Source: Octopus sinensis (Eukaryota). Taken from it: DNA of 64,000 nucleotides. This document shows positions 38,480-53,009 of the stretch, in pieces. The stretch's first letter is position 1; the number at the start of each line of letters is the position of its first letter. The position numbers were made by a program, and so were the translations under genes. The stretch spans positions 200,446,001 to 200,510,000 of the forward strand of contig NC_042998.1 in the NCBI RefSeq assembly GCF_006345805.1. The letters are read 5' to 3'. The notes beneath the pieces are model-generated. The model was given only the letters and a program-made list of their open reading frames with translations. It did not search any database and was not told the origin of the DNA.

Positions 38480-39770
38480 AAATCTTAATTAATCCATCTT
38501 TAATAGTTGGCATTTGGAGAATAATAAAATTTGATGTGGCAACCCGTATTAGCGCTTCCTGCTGTGAAATTGGCTCATCTAGGATATTTTGACGACAGGA
38601 GATACAGTTTAGTTTTGCAGACCTCTACATCCATAGCATGTAGGTTTCTCAGTTTCTTCCGGGGGAAATTGGAGATCTCTGAGCCCTTGAATCTGAAGCT
38701 ACAGCAATAACCAGTTCAGTATTTTGACGGCAAGTGAGGACTTTAGGCAGTATGCAATGGCACACGGTTGTGGTGCTGTATAACTTTCAACGCCAAAGTT
38801 TGGGACAAGTCCATCCAAGACCTTCTAAATGTATATTGCAGCATATCTTTTCCTCCTTAGTTCCAGTGAGTAAAGTATGGATCTTTTGTGTCTTTCCCAG
38901 TAGCTAAATTTCTGAAGTCAGGCCATCTTTGTGTAGCTTCACTGGACTGCTTCGAGTTCTACTATTACTTTTTCTTTGTGCGGTGACCACAGTTCGGAAC
39001 TATTTTCAAGACAACTTAAGACAATCATCCCCCAGAAGACCATCATGTTTTCCTGCTATCTGGGAATTCTAAGAATTCAACTGCTCAGCCGCCTGCATGC
39101 TATTGCCAATTTTGTAATATACACATGGAAAATATGCACCAGTGCTCATTCCAATGCTGAGGTCATACACAGATTGTGATTTTGGAAATACAGTTCCTCC
39201 AAGTCCAATATTTTTTGCATGCACTACAGTTATCTTTGCTGATAGTGTAGGACCTGGAAATTTGCTGTGTTGAACTGTTTATATTGTCGTCAGCCCACTT
39301 GTATGTTTCATCTAACTCATATTGACGGGTGCATGGCATCTTCGAAAATTTGTATTAGCTGTAAAAGTTATGTTAGGCTGGTTTTCTGTGTGGATGACTC
39401 AGAGGCCATTATAAACAGTAATCTCTCTTTGAGTACTTAAGCAACTGTTTTAAAAATCAGTCGTAGTGCTGTAAGAGCTGGGTCAGGCACCGTATTCTTG
39501 GTCGGAAACTATGCTAGGTTTCAATCAACAAGTCATTTCTTTTTCAAGAAACTTGATTTGTGTCTTTCGGGCTATCCCTTCCATGACTTTACAGATATGC
39601 ATCCACTCCTTTATGAATAGAGAATATTAATCTATCCTTCATCTTGCCTGAAAGATTGTCGCTTGTAAGAAAACTCGGAGATACAATAATGGATTAGCTG
39701 GGGCACGTTTACACAATTTTTGAAGGATTGCTGGGAAATCATCGAGATATGTAGTTCAGTTCGAGTTTAT
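38480..39770 (-). mobile_element. Decayed CR1/L2-group LINE ORF2 (RT and C-terminus)
   Basis: Fragments DDFPAILQKLCK..HICKVMEGIARK and ELEAVQ*SYTK..SYWERHK..LYSLELRRKRYAAIYI*KVLDGLVPNFG match the CR1 pattern GPDGFPAILLK / IKVMERIVR / LYSLERRRERY..IY.WKILEGLVPN. Confidence 0.75.
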
Positions 39771-39937
39771 CTTTACTATAACCGTTATCTTGTCTATTTT
39801 AATATCGATGTAATCAATTACTACTTTCATTCTTTCTTACATCTGTAATGGTAAAAAGAAAATCTACAGGTTTCCTGACTTGCCTGTGCCGTAAGTTTGG
39901 TGTAGAATATATGTCTGTGGGATTTATACACACACAC

Positions 39938-40030
<93 letters not shown>

Positions 40031-43000
40031 CGGGGATACAGGTGTGTATGAGTATAGCCTTGGAAGTATGTTTGTATACTCGTGTACATGTTACTCCTCT
40101 AGTTGTCTATATGTTTTACGTTTTACTCCAGTTCGTTGGTCCGGAAAGAATTTTTGAGGAGTAGCTAGAATGTTCAAGTACTTTTGTGTAAGATCTTTTG
40201 ATCTTTTAACTCTATTTCACCCTACTATTGTCACATAATTTTTCTTGCTTTAGTCATTCAATCACCAACCGTCTGCATCCATTTAATTTATTTGGCTAAA
40301 ATTCATATATCCCTTTCTCTATTTTTTGTTAGCATCAAGAACAATCAATGCTTTGAAATTGTATCAAGCAGAAACTGGAGTAACCACAATAATTTTATAT
40401 TGTATCGGTCTTCCATACTTCATATAAAAAAAAAACAAAGACTTATGTATATATATTTAGAGTTGACTCATTGGTTATACCATGGGTATCTGGTAGTTTG
40501 AGAAGCTAGATTTCTTCATTGGCATTGCCTTTTGAATATACAATTCTCTTTTACAGTGCCGATCATCCATATTAATGCAAAGATAGAGGCATGATTTCTT
40601 CGACAGGAAGAAGGTTGCGAAACGGCTGTAATCCAAAGGATGTCACGTGTATAAAGAAACAATATATTAACCTTTCATACTCCATGACAATTACGATTTA
40701 CATATTCATATGTGCAATTCTTTTAACTGAAGGAAACAAAAGTCAGATCAGTGTTACGTATTTTTCTCATATTACATACGAAGTTGTGCACTAAAATTAG
40801 AGTTCATTTACTCTTCAGGCATTTTAATTTGAATCCCTATCTGCATATGATAAAATTTCGCCACTTCATGGGCGTGACAACGACAGGCAGAGACAATAAT
40901 ACTCGTTAGACAATTTCAATGACAATTAATCAAAATAAAACCAGTTAAATACCATATACAGGACAAAATGCGTTCCACTCAGCGATGACTCTCCCATTTA
41001 TTGCTGAGAGGAATATATTTTGAACCGAATGAAATATTTCACTGAACCCTTTTTTGAACCGAAGGAAATATTTCACTGAACCCTTTTTGCGGGTTCGTTT
41101 CATAAGTTGACTGTGATTCAAATTAAAATGTGTAGAGGAGCAGGAGAACGTTAATTTTATTGCCCTTATTGCTTGAATTGCATAACATCGTATGAAGTAT
41201 GAAAGAAATGGCTTTATTTCACGGAATCGTACAAACCTTTGATTTCACGTGTCTTTTGCCCAATTAAAATAATTATTATTCACTCTGAGTGGATTATAAC
41301 ATGTCTACTAGATATACTTACCTTGGACACGCGAAGTGCTCCTTTATAACTAGTGTAACTAATTTTCCTTCTGTTGTTCGATCACTATGACAACCAGGTC
41401 CCTGCATGGAGCACTGATTCGGTGATCGCTTGGATTATATTAATCCACTCGACTATTAGACATGCACACACATGCACATATAAATGCACACACACACACA
41501 CACACATATATAAACATATATATGCATATATATATACATATATATGTATATATATGCATATATATATGCATATATATACATATACATATATATATATATA
41601 TTCATGTATGTATATAGACATGCACATATGTGCATCACACACACATGTACTCATATAATGTCTATATAAATATACATTTATGTTAGTGAAAGATAAAGGT
41701 TAGTCGCTTTAGTTTGGTGGAAACTAATAGCGACAATATAATTTCTATTTACTGAAGAAATCTTATTTTCGTTTAGAAAACGAAATTTGCCATCGATGCC
41801 ATTTAACTGTATAGGAATATTTCCTTTCAGAACAGAATCTGATCTCAAAGACAGCATCACACACACACACACAGAGAACATACACACGTGTGTGTTTGTA
41901 TATGTGTGTGAATGTGGGTATGCGTGCCTGTGGTGTCAGTATCTGTGTGTGTATCTGTGTGTGTGCTTCTTTTTTTCCTAATAATTGTATTTCCTTTATA
42001 GAGTGAACGTTATTAGATCATAGACTGATAGACTGGCAATCTCTCAATTTAGCTTTAATGATGACGATAATAGTGAATATATAGCGTTCTAAAGAGTAGA
42101 ATTTAGTTGCAAAAATTTTCGACAAAGCGGACAGTTGATATGAATTGATCTGTTGATGCAAGATATTGATTGAAACTTAGTCTTTACTATGATGTTAGTT
42201 CAATGCTACTTGGTAACATTTGCGGAATTCTCAGTGTGTGAATTTGTTTGTCGATTTGTCGTACACATCGAAGCAGTAATTAGAAAATGAATGTCTTTTC
42301 AGCATAAGAGTAATTTTGATATTAATAATATCAATAATAATAATAATTGTTATTTTGGCAATATATTCTTTTAATAATAGCAATAAAAATGATATATGAT
42401 AATAAAAATGTTAGATTTTCATATATTTCACTGTATATTACATCAATATATATGAGTATTTCTCAAAACGAATTGATCTCGTGTGATTTTCCTCATAAAC
42501 ACTCCACATTACCAACCCGACCCACACATTCACATACATACACTTCCACACACATACACATTCACACACACACACAAGCACATACACACACACACATTTC
42601 CTCTCTAGCATGTATCATTTTTTCTAGACACACTATCTTGTCATCTTAAGACACCTACATGTGAACGGTACTCTCACACGCACATTCTCAAATAGACCAT
42701 CATGTTGACACATGGATGTCCTGTTACATCGCCTTCTACATATTACTACCCCCATCACAAATTATTCACTATCCGTTGTCCCCCCCAAAGATTTTTTTCT
42801 TCCAAACCCACACACATACACACGCTACTCCCAGCCCAACCATCTGCCGCCCCTTTGCACTTCTCACTTTTACACGCACATTTCACTACTTCTACCAACT
42901 GGCCTCCTTGGCCTTAAACAGGGCAATTCACACAAGTGCGCGCACACACACCTACACACACTCAAAATAAAAGCACACAATCGCAAACCGTTATGTTGAT

Positions 43001-43491
43001 ACACAGACACATCCTACTTATCTTTTCTCAGCACACATTTACCCAGACTCTAACACACGCGTATATAACGTCATTCATCAAACCACACAGTACTCTGAAA
43101 CGGCTCCTCATTTAAGTTTGTGGATAGCATGTCTGAGTATATACACGGAGGTGTGGCCATATTTGAAGCGGTTTAACACTCCTTGATCTCAGATTTTCCC
43201 CATGGCATCCTCAACTGCCTGCTAAATTTACTCACTGGTTTCAGATTACGTATGAGCAAGTTTGGGGTAAAACATGATGTAATATCACTGCTTGATGTGT
43301 TCAGTAGAAACGAAAGCCCGCCGAGAACGCACATCTGTACTCTATGCATAAAAGCCGGCTTGCGCAGTGAAGGTAACGTCATCTCTCATCCAAAGAATAC
43401 TTCCCACACAGCATTAATTGTGACTAGAATAAATAAGATCGGGTACTTTCTGAAAGCGCCTTGTATCTAACTATCTATCTATACGGATATG

Positions 43492-43542
<51 letters not shown>

Positions 43543-44114
43543 GTGTGTGCGTGTGTAGTGTGTGCACTTGCACGCTGATAAACATTAATGTTGATGTTGC
43601 AAGGTTTTAAAAGCACACATATACGCGCATGTACTCGCGCGCATACATAATATGAAGGTATTCACACAGAAACACGCAAGCATGTATATATATATATATA
43701 TACATACCCGCTACATTGCTACACAAGCTAATAGACAATTTCAGAAACTGCTAGCTTTCATGAAAATAACAAACCATTGTCATCTGGTTCAGTAACAGAA
43801 AATCAAATTAACCCAGGTCATATACATTCGCCTGAAAGTCGTTGAGGTCCATATATCAGGTCGAACAATGCAGAATTCAAATTGCGTGTATACATACATA
43901 CATACATACATACATACATACATACATACAAATACAAACATACATACATACAATACATACATACGTGCATACATACATACACACATACATATATACATAC
44001 ATACATACATACATACATACATAATACATACAAATACATTGACATGCAAGCACACACGCACAATCATAAAGAACCATACACACTCACACACACCGACCCT
44101 TACACACACAATCG

Positions 44115-44147
<33 letters not shown>

Positions 44148-44407
44148 AAACGTAGACAAACATACAGACATACTAACACACATCGCATCGGGTAGTACAG
44201 TTTTAGCAGTACTCCAAGTTACTAAATTTCGTAAGATCTATGTTCGGGAAGCAGAAAACAAGTCGAAACTTTCGTAAGAGAACTCGAAACAAAATAATTC
44301 AATGCGATATGATATAGGAAAACTAGATTAAAAATAAAACAATACTTTATCATTTCGAAACAAATATACGTGGAAGAATAAAAATTGCATATCTCTATAT
44401 ATGTATG

Positions 44408-44442
<35 letters not shown>

Positions 44443-44446
<4 letters not shown>

Positions 44447-45796
44447 ATTATTGGTGAATTGAAGAATGGAGCTGAACGCAGATTGAACAGAAATCGTTAT
44501 TTCATTCTACACGTGTTTCGAAAGGCACAAATTACCAAAATCCGATTGAATAATGGGACCATATTGTGTCTTTCTCTTCGGAAGAAAAAAGGAAATCCGT
44601 TGAAAAACAAAAACAGAACAGAGGCGGAGCAAAAAACAAATCGAACGTGTGCTCCTAAGAGCCCATGGCGAAACTGTTTATCAGTGTATGTTGAGAACCG
44701 GTGGCTGAAGAATTCAACGGGTCAGGCATCGGTCAATCATGTGGGTGAGGGTGTATAGATGTTCTTTGTGACCGAGAATAAAGTTCTGACTATTTAAAGA
44801 ATATTGGATGTTTTATAAGGGGCGAGAAAAAATCTACTTAGACGGTGTGGTGTATATATAGTTGGCGTATATATGTGTGTGTTGGCGTAGTGGTTTTTAA
44901 AGAAAACATATTTTGTGTAACGTGTGGTGGTTTGAATCGTTCCGTGTCAGTGGTACTGCCCGTGATAACGTGAAGGCCAGATAATTTTTAAACGCCCGCC
45001 GCCAATGGGGGCATCGAAAAGCGCGTTACACTTATCTGGCCTTTAAATAGCGTTTATAAATAATACCGGCACCCATAGCCTTGGTAACAAATTCTGAAAT
45101 AGCCTTTAAGATATACGATTAACCACTGCAAGGGGAATTACTCCTGTAAGACAAACGGGGCTTGGTTTTTTCACAGCGGGGGGTTTCCTTGACAAGGCAG
45201 GCTTAGATGAACACACACACACATAAAAAAAATAATATATATATATAATTTTTTTATTTTTTTCTTTCTGCCACCCAACGGTTATCACGGCAGTAGCCAC
45301 TGACAGCCGAACGATCAAACGCACACACGTACACAAAAAATGTTTTCTACCCCTACGCCAACACACACATATATAGAACAGTATACACACACACACGTCT
45401 CTAAGTAGATTTTTTCTCGCCCCTTATAAAACATTCAATATTCTTTAAATAGTCAGAACTTTATTCTCGGTCACAAAGAACATCTATACACCTCACCCAC
45501 ATGATTGACCGATGCCTGACCCGTTGAATTCTTCAGCCACCGGTTCTCAACATACACTGATAAACAGTTTCGCCATGGGCTCTAGGAGCACAGTTCGATT
45601 TGTTTTTGCTCCGCTCTGTTCTGTTTTTGTTTTTCCAACGGATTTCCTTTTTCTACCTGAAGAGAAAGACACAATATGGTCCCATTATTCAATCGGATTT
45701 TGGTAATTTGTGCCTTTCGAAACACGTGTAGAATGAAATAAAACGATTTCTGTTCAATCTGCGTCAGCTCCATTCTTCAATTCACCAATAATGTTT
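44443..45796. repeat. About 1.35 kb inverted repeat (arms about 530 bp, spacer about 290 bp)
   Basis: 44443-44980 is the reverse complement of about 45270-45796. Identity is high in the outer 400 bp and falls, with many indels, toward the centre. Confidence 0.9.
45647..45738 (+). ncRNA. Putative type I hammerhead ribozyme (Penelope-type, palindromic stem III)
   Basis: CUGAAGA 45657-45663. Stem II gaaagacacaa/uugugccuuuc (10 of 11 pairs). GAAA 45719-45722, palindromic ACACGUGU, GUA site ending 45730. Stem I uuucuac/gaaugaaa is imperfect. An inverted copy lies at about 44500-44590. Confidence 0.55.
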
Positions 45797-45956
45797 TAAT
45801 TTCAATTATCCGCACCAACGCACGGTTGCAACGCCAGATGGTTGTACCTCCAACCGTGCTGTTTACTGCTGTGATTTTTGCTACTAAGGTATCGGTTTTA
45901 AACTTTTGATTAATCTACTACAAGATTGATTTTATATTTATATTTCAATATATAAA

Positions 45957-45987
<31 letters not shown>

Positions 45988-46295
45988 CCGAGGTATTAAA
46001 ATTAATCAAAGGACACACTAAGTATGTCTACCTGCTTGAAATAACATTCAAAACTCTTATTAAATCGCCAAAAATACACTGATGAAAACTACAGAAATCA
46101 AACGATGGCAAAATCAGGTTAAGACAATCTACTAACATGCATTTAATTATTTGGATATTGCTATTTTGGGCCTGCTATCGCCTGTGTCATTGATTTTATT
46201 ATTATCATTTTTAAAATAGTTACATTGGATAATAATAGAATTAATCACATCTTCGTAAATCAAATATATATATATATTTATATATATATATATCA

Positions 46296-46516
46296 ACAAT
46301 CAAGGAACGGCCATAATAGGCCATTCACCCACTAGAAATAACAGCCAAAGCTTCAACCGCAAATAAAAGTCAATTCCGTAAACAGGAGAAAATTTTAAAA
46401 ACATTTACCCATTTTTAAATTTTCTCCTGTTTACGGAATTGACTTTTATTTGCGGTTGAAGCTTTGGCTGTTATTTCTAGTGGGTGAATGGCCTATTATG
46501 GCCGTTCCTTGATTGT
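46296..46516. repeat. Near-perfect hairpin (about 105-bp arms, about 10-nt loop)
   Basis: acaatcaaggaacggcc..aacaggagaaaattttaaaaa / loop catttaccca / tttttaaattttctcctgtt..ggccgttccttgattgt. One indel seen. Confidence 0.95.
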
Positions 46517-46618
46517 GATGTTGAACTTAAAAATGGTCTATGACTATTTAATTTTTTCCCACTAGGCCGCTGGTGGCAAAAAAATTCTACAAAATTTTTT
46601 TTTGGCACCCTATATTGA

Positions 46619-46702
<84 letters not shown>

Positions 46703-47984
46703 CGTGTTTCCTTCATTCTCTTTCTCATTGGCTACCTGGCTGTTCGGTCAAAAAAATCAATCTTTGTTATGCTTCTTACTGTTGTGTATATCTTTGAGAA
46801 TCCTTTATTTTGGCCGCAAGGTCGTATTTTGCTCGTTTTTTATCTTTACACAGCGTCTTAAATTACATTTTTACTTTCCTATGTCCACTCTGTGTCGTTT
46901 TATTCGCTTCAGGACCGATTCTCTGCGTCTTCCGCAAGCACCGTTAAGACCGGAAGCCCCTCACTCTTATCATTAGAGGTGCGAAACTGAGTACTACCAT
47001 TCTGGTTAATAACTGATCAAGAATTAGGGGCCCTCTGTGTCTTATACGTATACGTTTTTACCTGTCGTTGTTTATTTACAATGAATTTTTTTCACTTATT
47101 AGTAACGGTACGCGAGACACACAAGACGTTTGTTAACAATAAGTCTACATATATTCTCTGTGACTCTACACTTTCTCCTTTTCTCTCTCACCATGTTCCT
47201 TCTATTTCTAGCCTGCCCTCTTTCCTTACCCTCTCCCTTGCCCTCACACTTGTATTCCTAGCATTTCTCCACCTGCTTCCCTTTCTTCCCTTATTTTCTC
47301 TCCACCTTCTCTCTTTTGCACTCTCTCCCTCTCTCTTCTGCCTGCTGCTGACACGTGATTTGGCCAGTTTTTTTTTTTCTTTTTCATTCTTTCTTTCTCA
47401 CTGACTTCCCAGCAGTTCGGTCACAAAAAACATTTTCTGTCTTGCTATTTACTGCTGTCTATATAATTCAGGATCTTTTTTGAGCGTTACGCACCACACA
47501 TCTCTTTAGGCCGCAAAGCCGTATTTTGCTCGTTTCGTTTTAGATTATTTTACCTTCGTATGTCCACTCTATGTAGTTTTGTTTACTTGAGGGCCGATTC
47601 TCTACGTCTTTCGCAGGCCAGTCTTATCATTGAAGGTACGAAACTGAGTATTAACACTCTGGTTGATTGGCATTTTTCATTTATGAGTAACGGTACGCAA
47701 CACATACCAGACATCTATTAACAGTAAGTTTATAATGTATATATATGTGTGTGTGTGTTAAATAGGATGAGGCAACAGAACCAAGGCAGGGAAATTTCTA
47801 GGACATTTATAAAGAGGAGGGTAGTTTTACATCTGTTTCAGGGATATAAAAGATATCCCATCATCAGAGACGATATGAAAGAGTTAACTAGAAGGAAATA
47901 ATTGATTTCAATATAAGAAATTATTTTGAAAACGGAGAGATGTAGGAAGTATAAAGGGAAACATGAGAATAAGAGTAATAATAT

Positions 47985-48112
47985 ATTTCTTTATTACCCA
48001 CAAGGGGCTAAACATAGATTGGACAAACATGGACAGACAAAGGGATTAAGTCGATTACATCGACCCCAGTGCGTAACTGGTAGTTTATTTATCGACCCCG
48101 AAAAGATGAAAC
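47985..48112 (-). mobile_element. 5'-truncated SINE family B
   Basis: tatttctttattacccacaaggggctaaacatag..gaccccagtgcgtaactggt..atcgaccccgaaaagatgaaa. Confidence 0.8.
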
Positions 48113-48559
48113 GCAATAATAAAAATGTATGTTGGATATTAAAGTTACTGTTCCATTATCCAAGGAATGTCCTGTGTCGTATGGGTAAAAAGGTGTCTTG
48201 TCCATGGTAGGTAAAATCCGATAAGAGTTCATATTTTCTTATCACAAAATTTCATTTGCGCTACAAGATCTCTTCGAATGAACAGCACATAGAATTAAAA
48301 CCTGCACTGAACTCTACTATTTCCTTCATAGCGTCCTGAATCAGCTGTAAGACTACATTTCTCTTTATAACTGTCCTAGAAATTTCACACTGCCATATTT
48401 TTGCTGCTTCATTCTATTTAACCTATAAACGGTCACACACAACACGCGTTAGACTCTTCACTGATACTATTATCGAAACAGGAGTCTAACAGTAATCCTG
48501 TAGCACTTATAAAGCCTTACCTGTCTTTTGAGTCTTCAGGATACCAAAATCTCTCATAT

Positions 48560-48587
<28 letters not shown>

Positions 48588-48590
<3 letters not shown>

Positions 48591-49800
48591 TATATCTCAG
48601 AAGTATGTACATCCTTAAAAAATTCAGTTAAAGTACCATTACTCTGATAATATCGAGGGGAATCAAACGAAATTTATACTAAATAAAATGTATTATACAT
48701 GCAAACATCATACAAATTTGGAACAAAAAGCAATAACATTTTCAGAAATATAAACGAAGTAATAATTTTCAAACATTACACAAATATGTACACACTAATG
48801 GAAATTTGCTCGATTTAATATTTTATCCACTTTTATTTTACTAAATTCAGATATTGCTGATAATTTCAATTCTAATAAATTATTTCTCCTGGCATTTTTG
48901 CACCAGTCATTGTTATAGCATATGCAGAAATTCTGATTTGTGTACCGTGGTGAAAATCTACTTCATTGCGATTAAAATGGCACCAAAAGGAAATGAATTA
49001 TCTGAAGATTTGAAGAGAATTATTTTTAATTTACACAAGTATGGTTTAGGATACAAGTTAATTAGCAAACGAATAAATATTAGCGTAAACATAGATGTCA
49101 ATGTAATCTAAAAGTACAAAGCAACTGGTCGGCTAAGCAATAAACATCGTCCAGGTTGTCCTTCTCTTTCAACTGTGCGTGATATTTGCCGCATCCAATG
49201 TTGCGTGATTGACGACATGCCTTGTACCACTTCATATGTGGCCCAAGAAATGTATTCTGTTAGTGGAAAGAGTGTGTCCGCCCAAAGAGTTCACCGAAGT
49301 TTGAACCAGTGTAATTTTCATGGACGCATTCTCGTAGGAAGCCTCTCCTCACTACCCGGTATAAATCAAATCGTCTTCCTTTTGCCGAAACCTATGTGAG
49401 TAAGTGGATGGAGTTTTAGAATAAAATTCGTTTTGCTGACGGGACTGAAATCAGATTGGTTGGGTCAGATGCTGTTAAAAGTGTATGGTGACAAACAGGT
49501 GGAGATAATAGCGACAAATCCACTGTTAAATATGACGGCATAATTGTTTTGTTTTGGGGATGCAAGTGTGTCGTTGGTATGGGATAACTCACATTTACTG
49601 AGAGAAAAACGGGTTCAAGGCTTTATTGTGTCAATTTACAGAAAGTAATGTTGGAAAGCATTAAGAAACTGGGAAGTCATTCCATGATCAAGCATTATAC
49701 TAATCCTAAACACATTTCAAAAATGACGAATAAGTTTTTATCAGATTAAAAGGTAAATGTATCCCATGCCACCTGATTTGAAACCAATACAACATCGCCA
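48588..49800 (+). mobile_element. Decayed Tc1-family transposon
   Basis: ATG at 48977: MAPKGNELSEDLKRIIFNLHKYGLGYKLISK (paired-like HTH), then RRKPLL..RL.FA..Y, FADGTEI (first catalytic D region) and TVKYDG..VLFWGC, with stops and frameshifts. Possible left TIR at about 48588-48615. Confidence 0.85.
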
Positions 49801-49857
49801 TGTTGAACAACTGAAATCTACAAGTTCCATTCTGTCTATGTATATTTTCTTTTATTT

Positions 49858-49983
49858 GTTTCTCTTCAAGAGCGTAGGCTCGAAACGTAAGAGACTTTCC
49901 CACTTCCCGAGCGTTAAACTAATACATCTGGTTGTTGTTTACAACTTTCATCTTTGTCTTTTGTTTTTTTGTAAATTCTCACT
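49858..49983 (+). mobile_element. Short repeat family F (copy 2)
   Basis: gagcgtaggctc-gaaacgta..ttcccgagcgttaaactaatacatc..gtaaattctcac, then (TA)n. Confidence 0.65.
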
Positions 49984-49996
49984 ATATATATACACA

Positions 49997-50076
<80 letters not shown>

Positions 50077-50133
50077 TATCTATACATACACATACATATA
50101 TATATACATATATGTACACATACACACATAGTA

Positions 50134-50186
<53 letters not shown>

Positions 50187-50405
50187 GTATATTATATATA
50201 TATATATACTTGATATACATATACAGGCACATATATAAATGTTATATGTACGTACACAAATACATATTTGAAATGCGTATATGTCAAAATAACATACACT
50301 TGCACATACACATTCACATATGTTTATGTCTGGTTTTATATATTATGCATTTTAAAATCAAGTATTTCACTTGCAATATTGTACATATGTGCGTTTGTGA
50401 CTGTC

Positions 50406-50445
<40 letters not shown>

Positions 50446-51346
50446 TCTATAATTACTAATATATATTATAACATATTGATATTCAAATTTATAAGCCGCG
50501 GTTTTCGACTTATATCCCTTGAGGTGAATCCTTTATTAGCTTCTTGATTTGGAAATCGCATTACTGAACTTACTACGCTGTACCTGCCAAAACAGATTTC
50601 TGTAATCATATTTAGTCATGTATACAGATTTTAGTCATTGATTGCGGGGGAAAATATATAAGCAAATTTCTGGTTTATATCTGGTTTATACAAATATACA
50701 TAGTCACACTCTCATCCATTCACAGAAGCACATTTTATGTACATCTCCACCACCAAAAGGAAACTTTACAAGGTTGACACAATTTTCCAATCCAATATCT
50801 GTAGCAATTCTCTGCAATCAGAAGTGGTTCAGTGGAACAGGGAACAAAATTTTATGGATTCCCTTTGAGGTCTGCAGCGTAGAACATGCGAACGTTTCTT
50901 CTGCAATTGGACAAAAGAAGAGTAGCAACACCCCACGTTCATCAGATCACCGAAATGCTTCATGTTTTCCACGAAAGAAATAATGATAGCGGTTTACATG
51001 TTCCATATATTATCGACTGGTGGTAGAATAGAGTTGCGTAAAATTTTTCCAGGAATACAGCAATTGATTTCCATGGAGTGAACAAACGCAAATGTGATAT
51101 GTAGCTGAGGGACATATACATATGTAAAAACACAGGTAACGGTAATGAGGAGGCTTGGAAATATATTACATGAATACACGTTAGCGCACGGTAGCAACTA
51201 TATATGTGTACATACGAAGCTTTGCATAAATCAAAGGAATTCACTTCATTCACAAAATAACTGTGGGGAAGAGGCTTACGTTATGGTTTGTTAGAGAGCA
51301 AAATGAATTCTGCCAGGAAAATGCAAACATCTGAAAGAAGAAGTCA

Positions 51347-51382
<36 letters not shown>

Positions 51383-51518
51383 TGTATGTATGTATGTATG
51401 TATGTATGTATGTATGTATGCATACATGCATGCATACATTATATATATATATTTATATTACATTTATAATATATATATATAATATAATTTATATATACAC
51501 ACACATATGTATATATAG

Positions 51519-51608
<90 letters not shown>

Positions 51609-52544
51609 CTATATATATAATCTATATAGATATATATATATATATCTATATATTATATATACATATACATGTGTGGTGTATATCGTAAGATATACAGAAA
51701 ACTGTTTCCAAAACGAAATTTCTCGATTACTATGTTCCTAAACTCATCATTCCACCATATAAATATATTATATATATATATATATATATAATATATATAT
51801 TATATATAATATATATATATATATATATGTGTTGTGGTGTGTGTGGTGTGTGTGGTGTGTACATATGTATGTATATATATGTACAGATATCCGGTCACAT
51901 AATACTTATCACTGGTTCTCGCGCATTGCCCTGTTGTCAAATATACTGCATATAATGATCTTCTTATATAATTAAAATGTTGAATATACAGAGTTCTTTA
52001 CATATTTGTATATTTATCTTTTGATAAAACAAAAGTACTGAATTTTGAAGAAAGATTTGTTTGATGTTCTGTTTATTGAATGTTTGCTTATGCTTACTTG
52101 AAAATGTGATCCGTGTCCATTGTTGACCTTTTGTAGATTTATATGGTGCATGATGATTTTAGGAACATAGTAATCGATAAATTTCGTTTTGGAAACACTT
52201 TCCTGAATATTTTACAATATACATTTTCTTGTAAGACAAGAACTCTATAAGACCAAATAAACAAAAGCAGTTCCAAAATAAATGATTGATTGTTTACAGG
52301 GCTGTGGTGTTCATAACATTTCTCCAGTTTAATCTCTTGATAAGCGTATATATGCTCGACTGAGCATTCCATATACAGCTAAACATCATGTAAACAGAGA
52401 AATGTGAATTCAACAATAGTTGCCACAAGTAAATATCCTTGCAACTTTTTCGTAGACCAAAAATGATGGGACAATCAAGGCCCTTTATCTCAAAATAGTG
52501 TACCCGACAATTGTCTATCTGTCAATCTATCTTTCTATCTGGTT

Positions 52545-52782
<238 letters not shown>

Positions 52783-53009
52783 TTAGTTGCCTAGTTGTTA
52801 GGGAGATGCACACACCACCGCCAGATCCTGGTTTCATTTCCTGAGCTGGGTGGTACGTTGGTTTCTTCAGTAAAACACTTCATCTCACGCTGCTCTGCGA
52901 TCACTTTGACATCTAACGCATGGTAAACAGTGCGCTTGTTCAGACAACGTCGATTTGATAGAGAGATTGAGCTAGTGTGCAGGACGAACATTTGGTCCCT
53001 ATAAACCAA

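Noticed and set aside
41322-41410. Perfect minus-strand donor AAG|GTAAGT as the upstream coding exon
   Set aside because: In the required phase 1 frame there is a TAA eight codons upstream. It could only be a UTR exon and there is no evidence for that.
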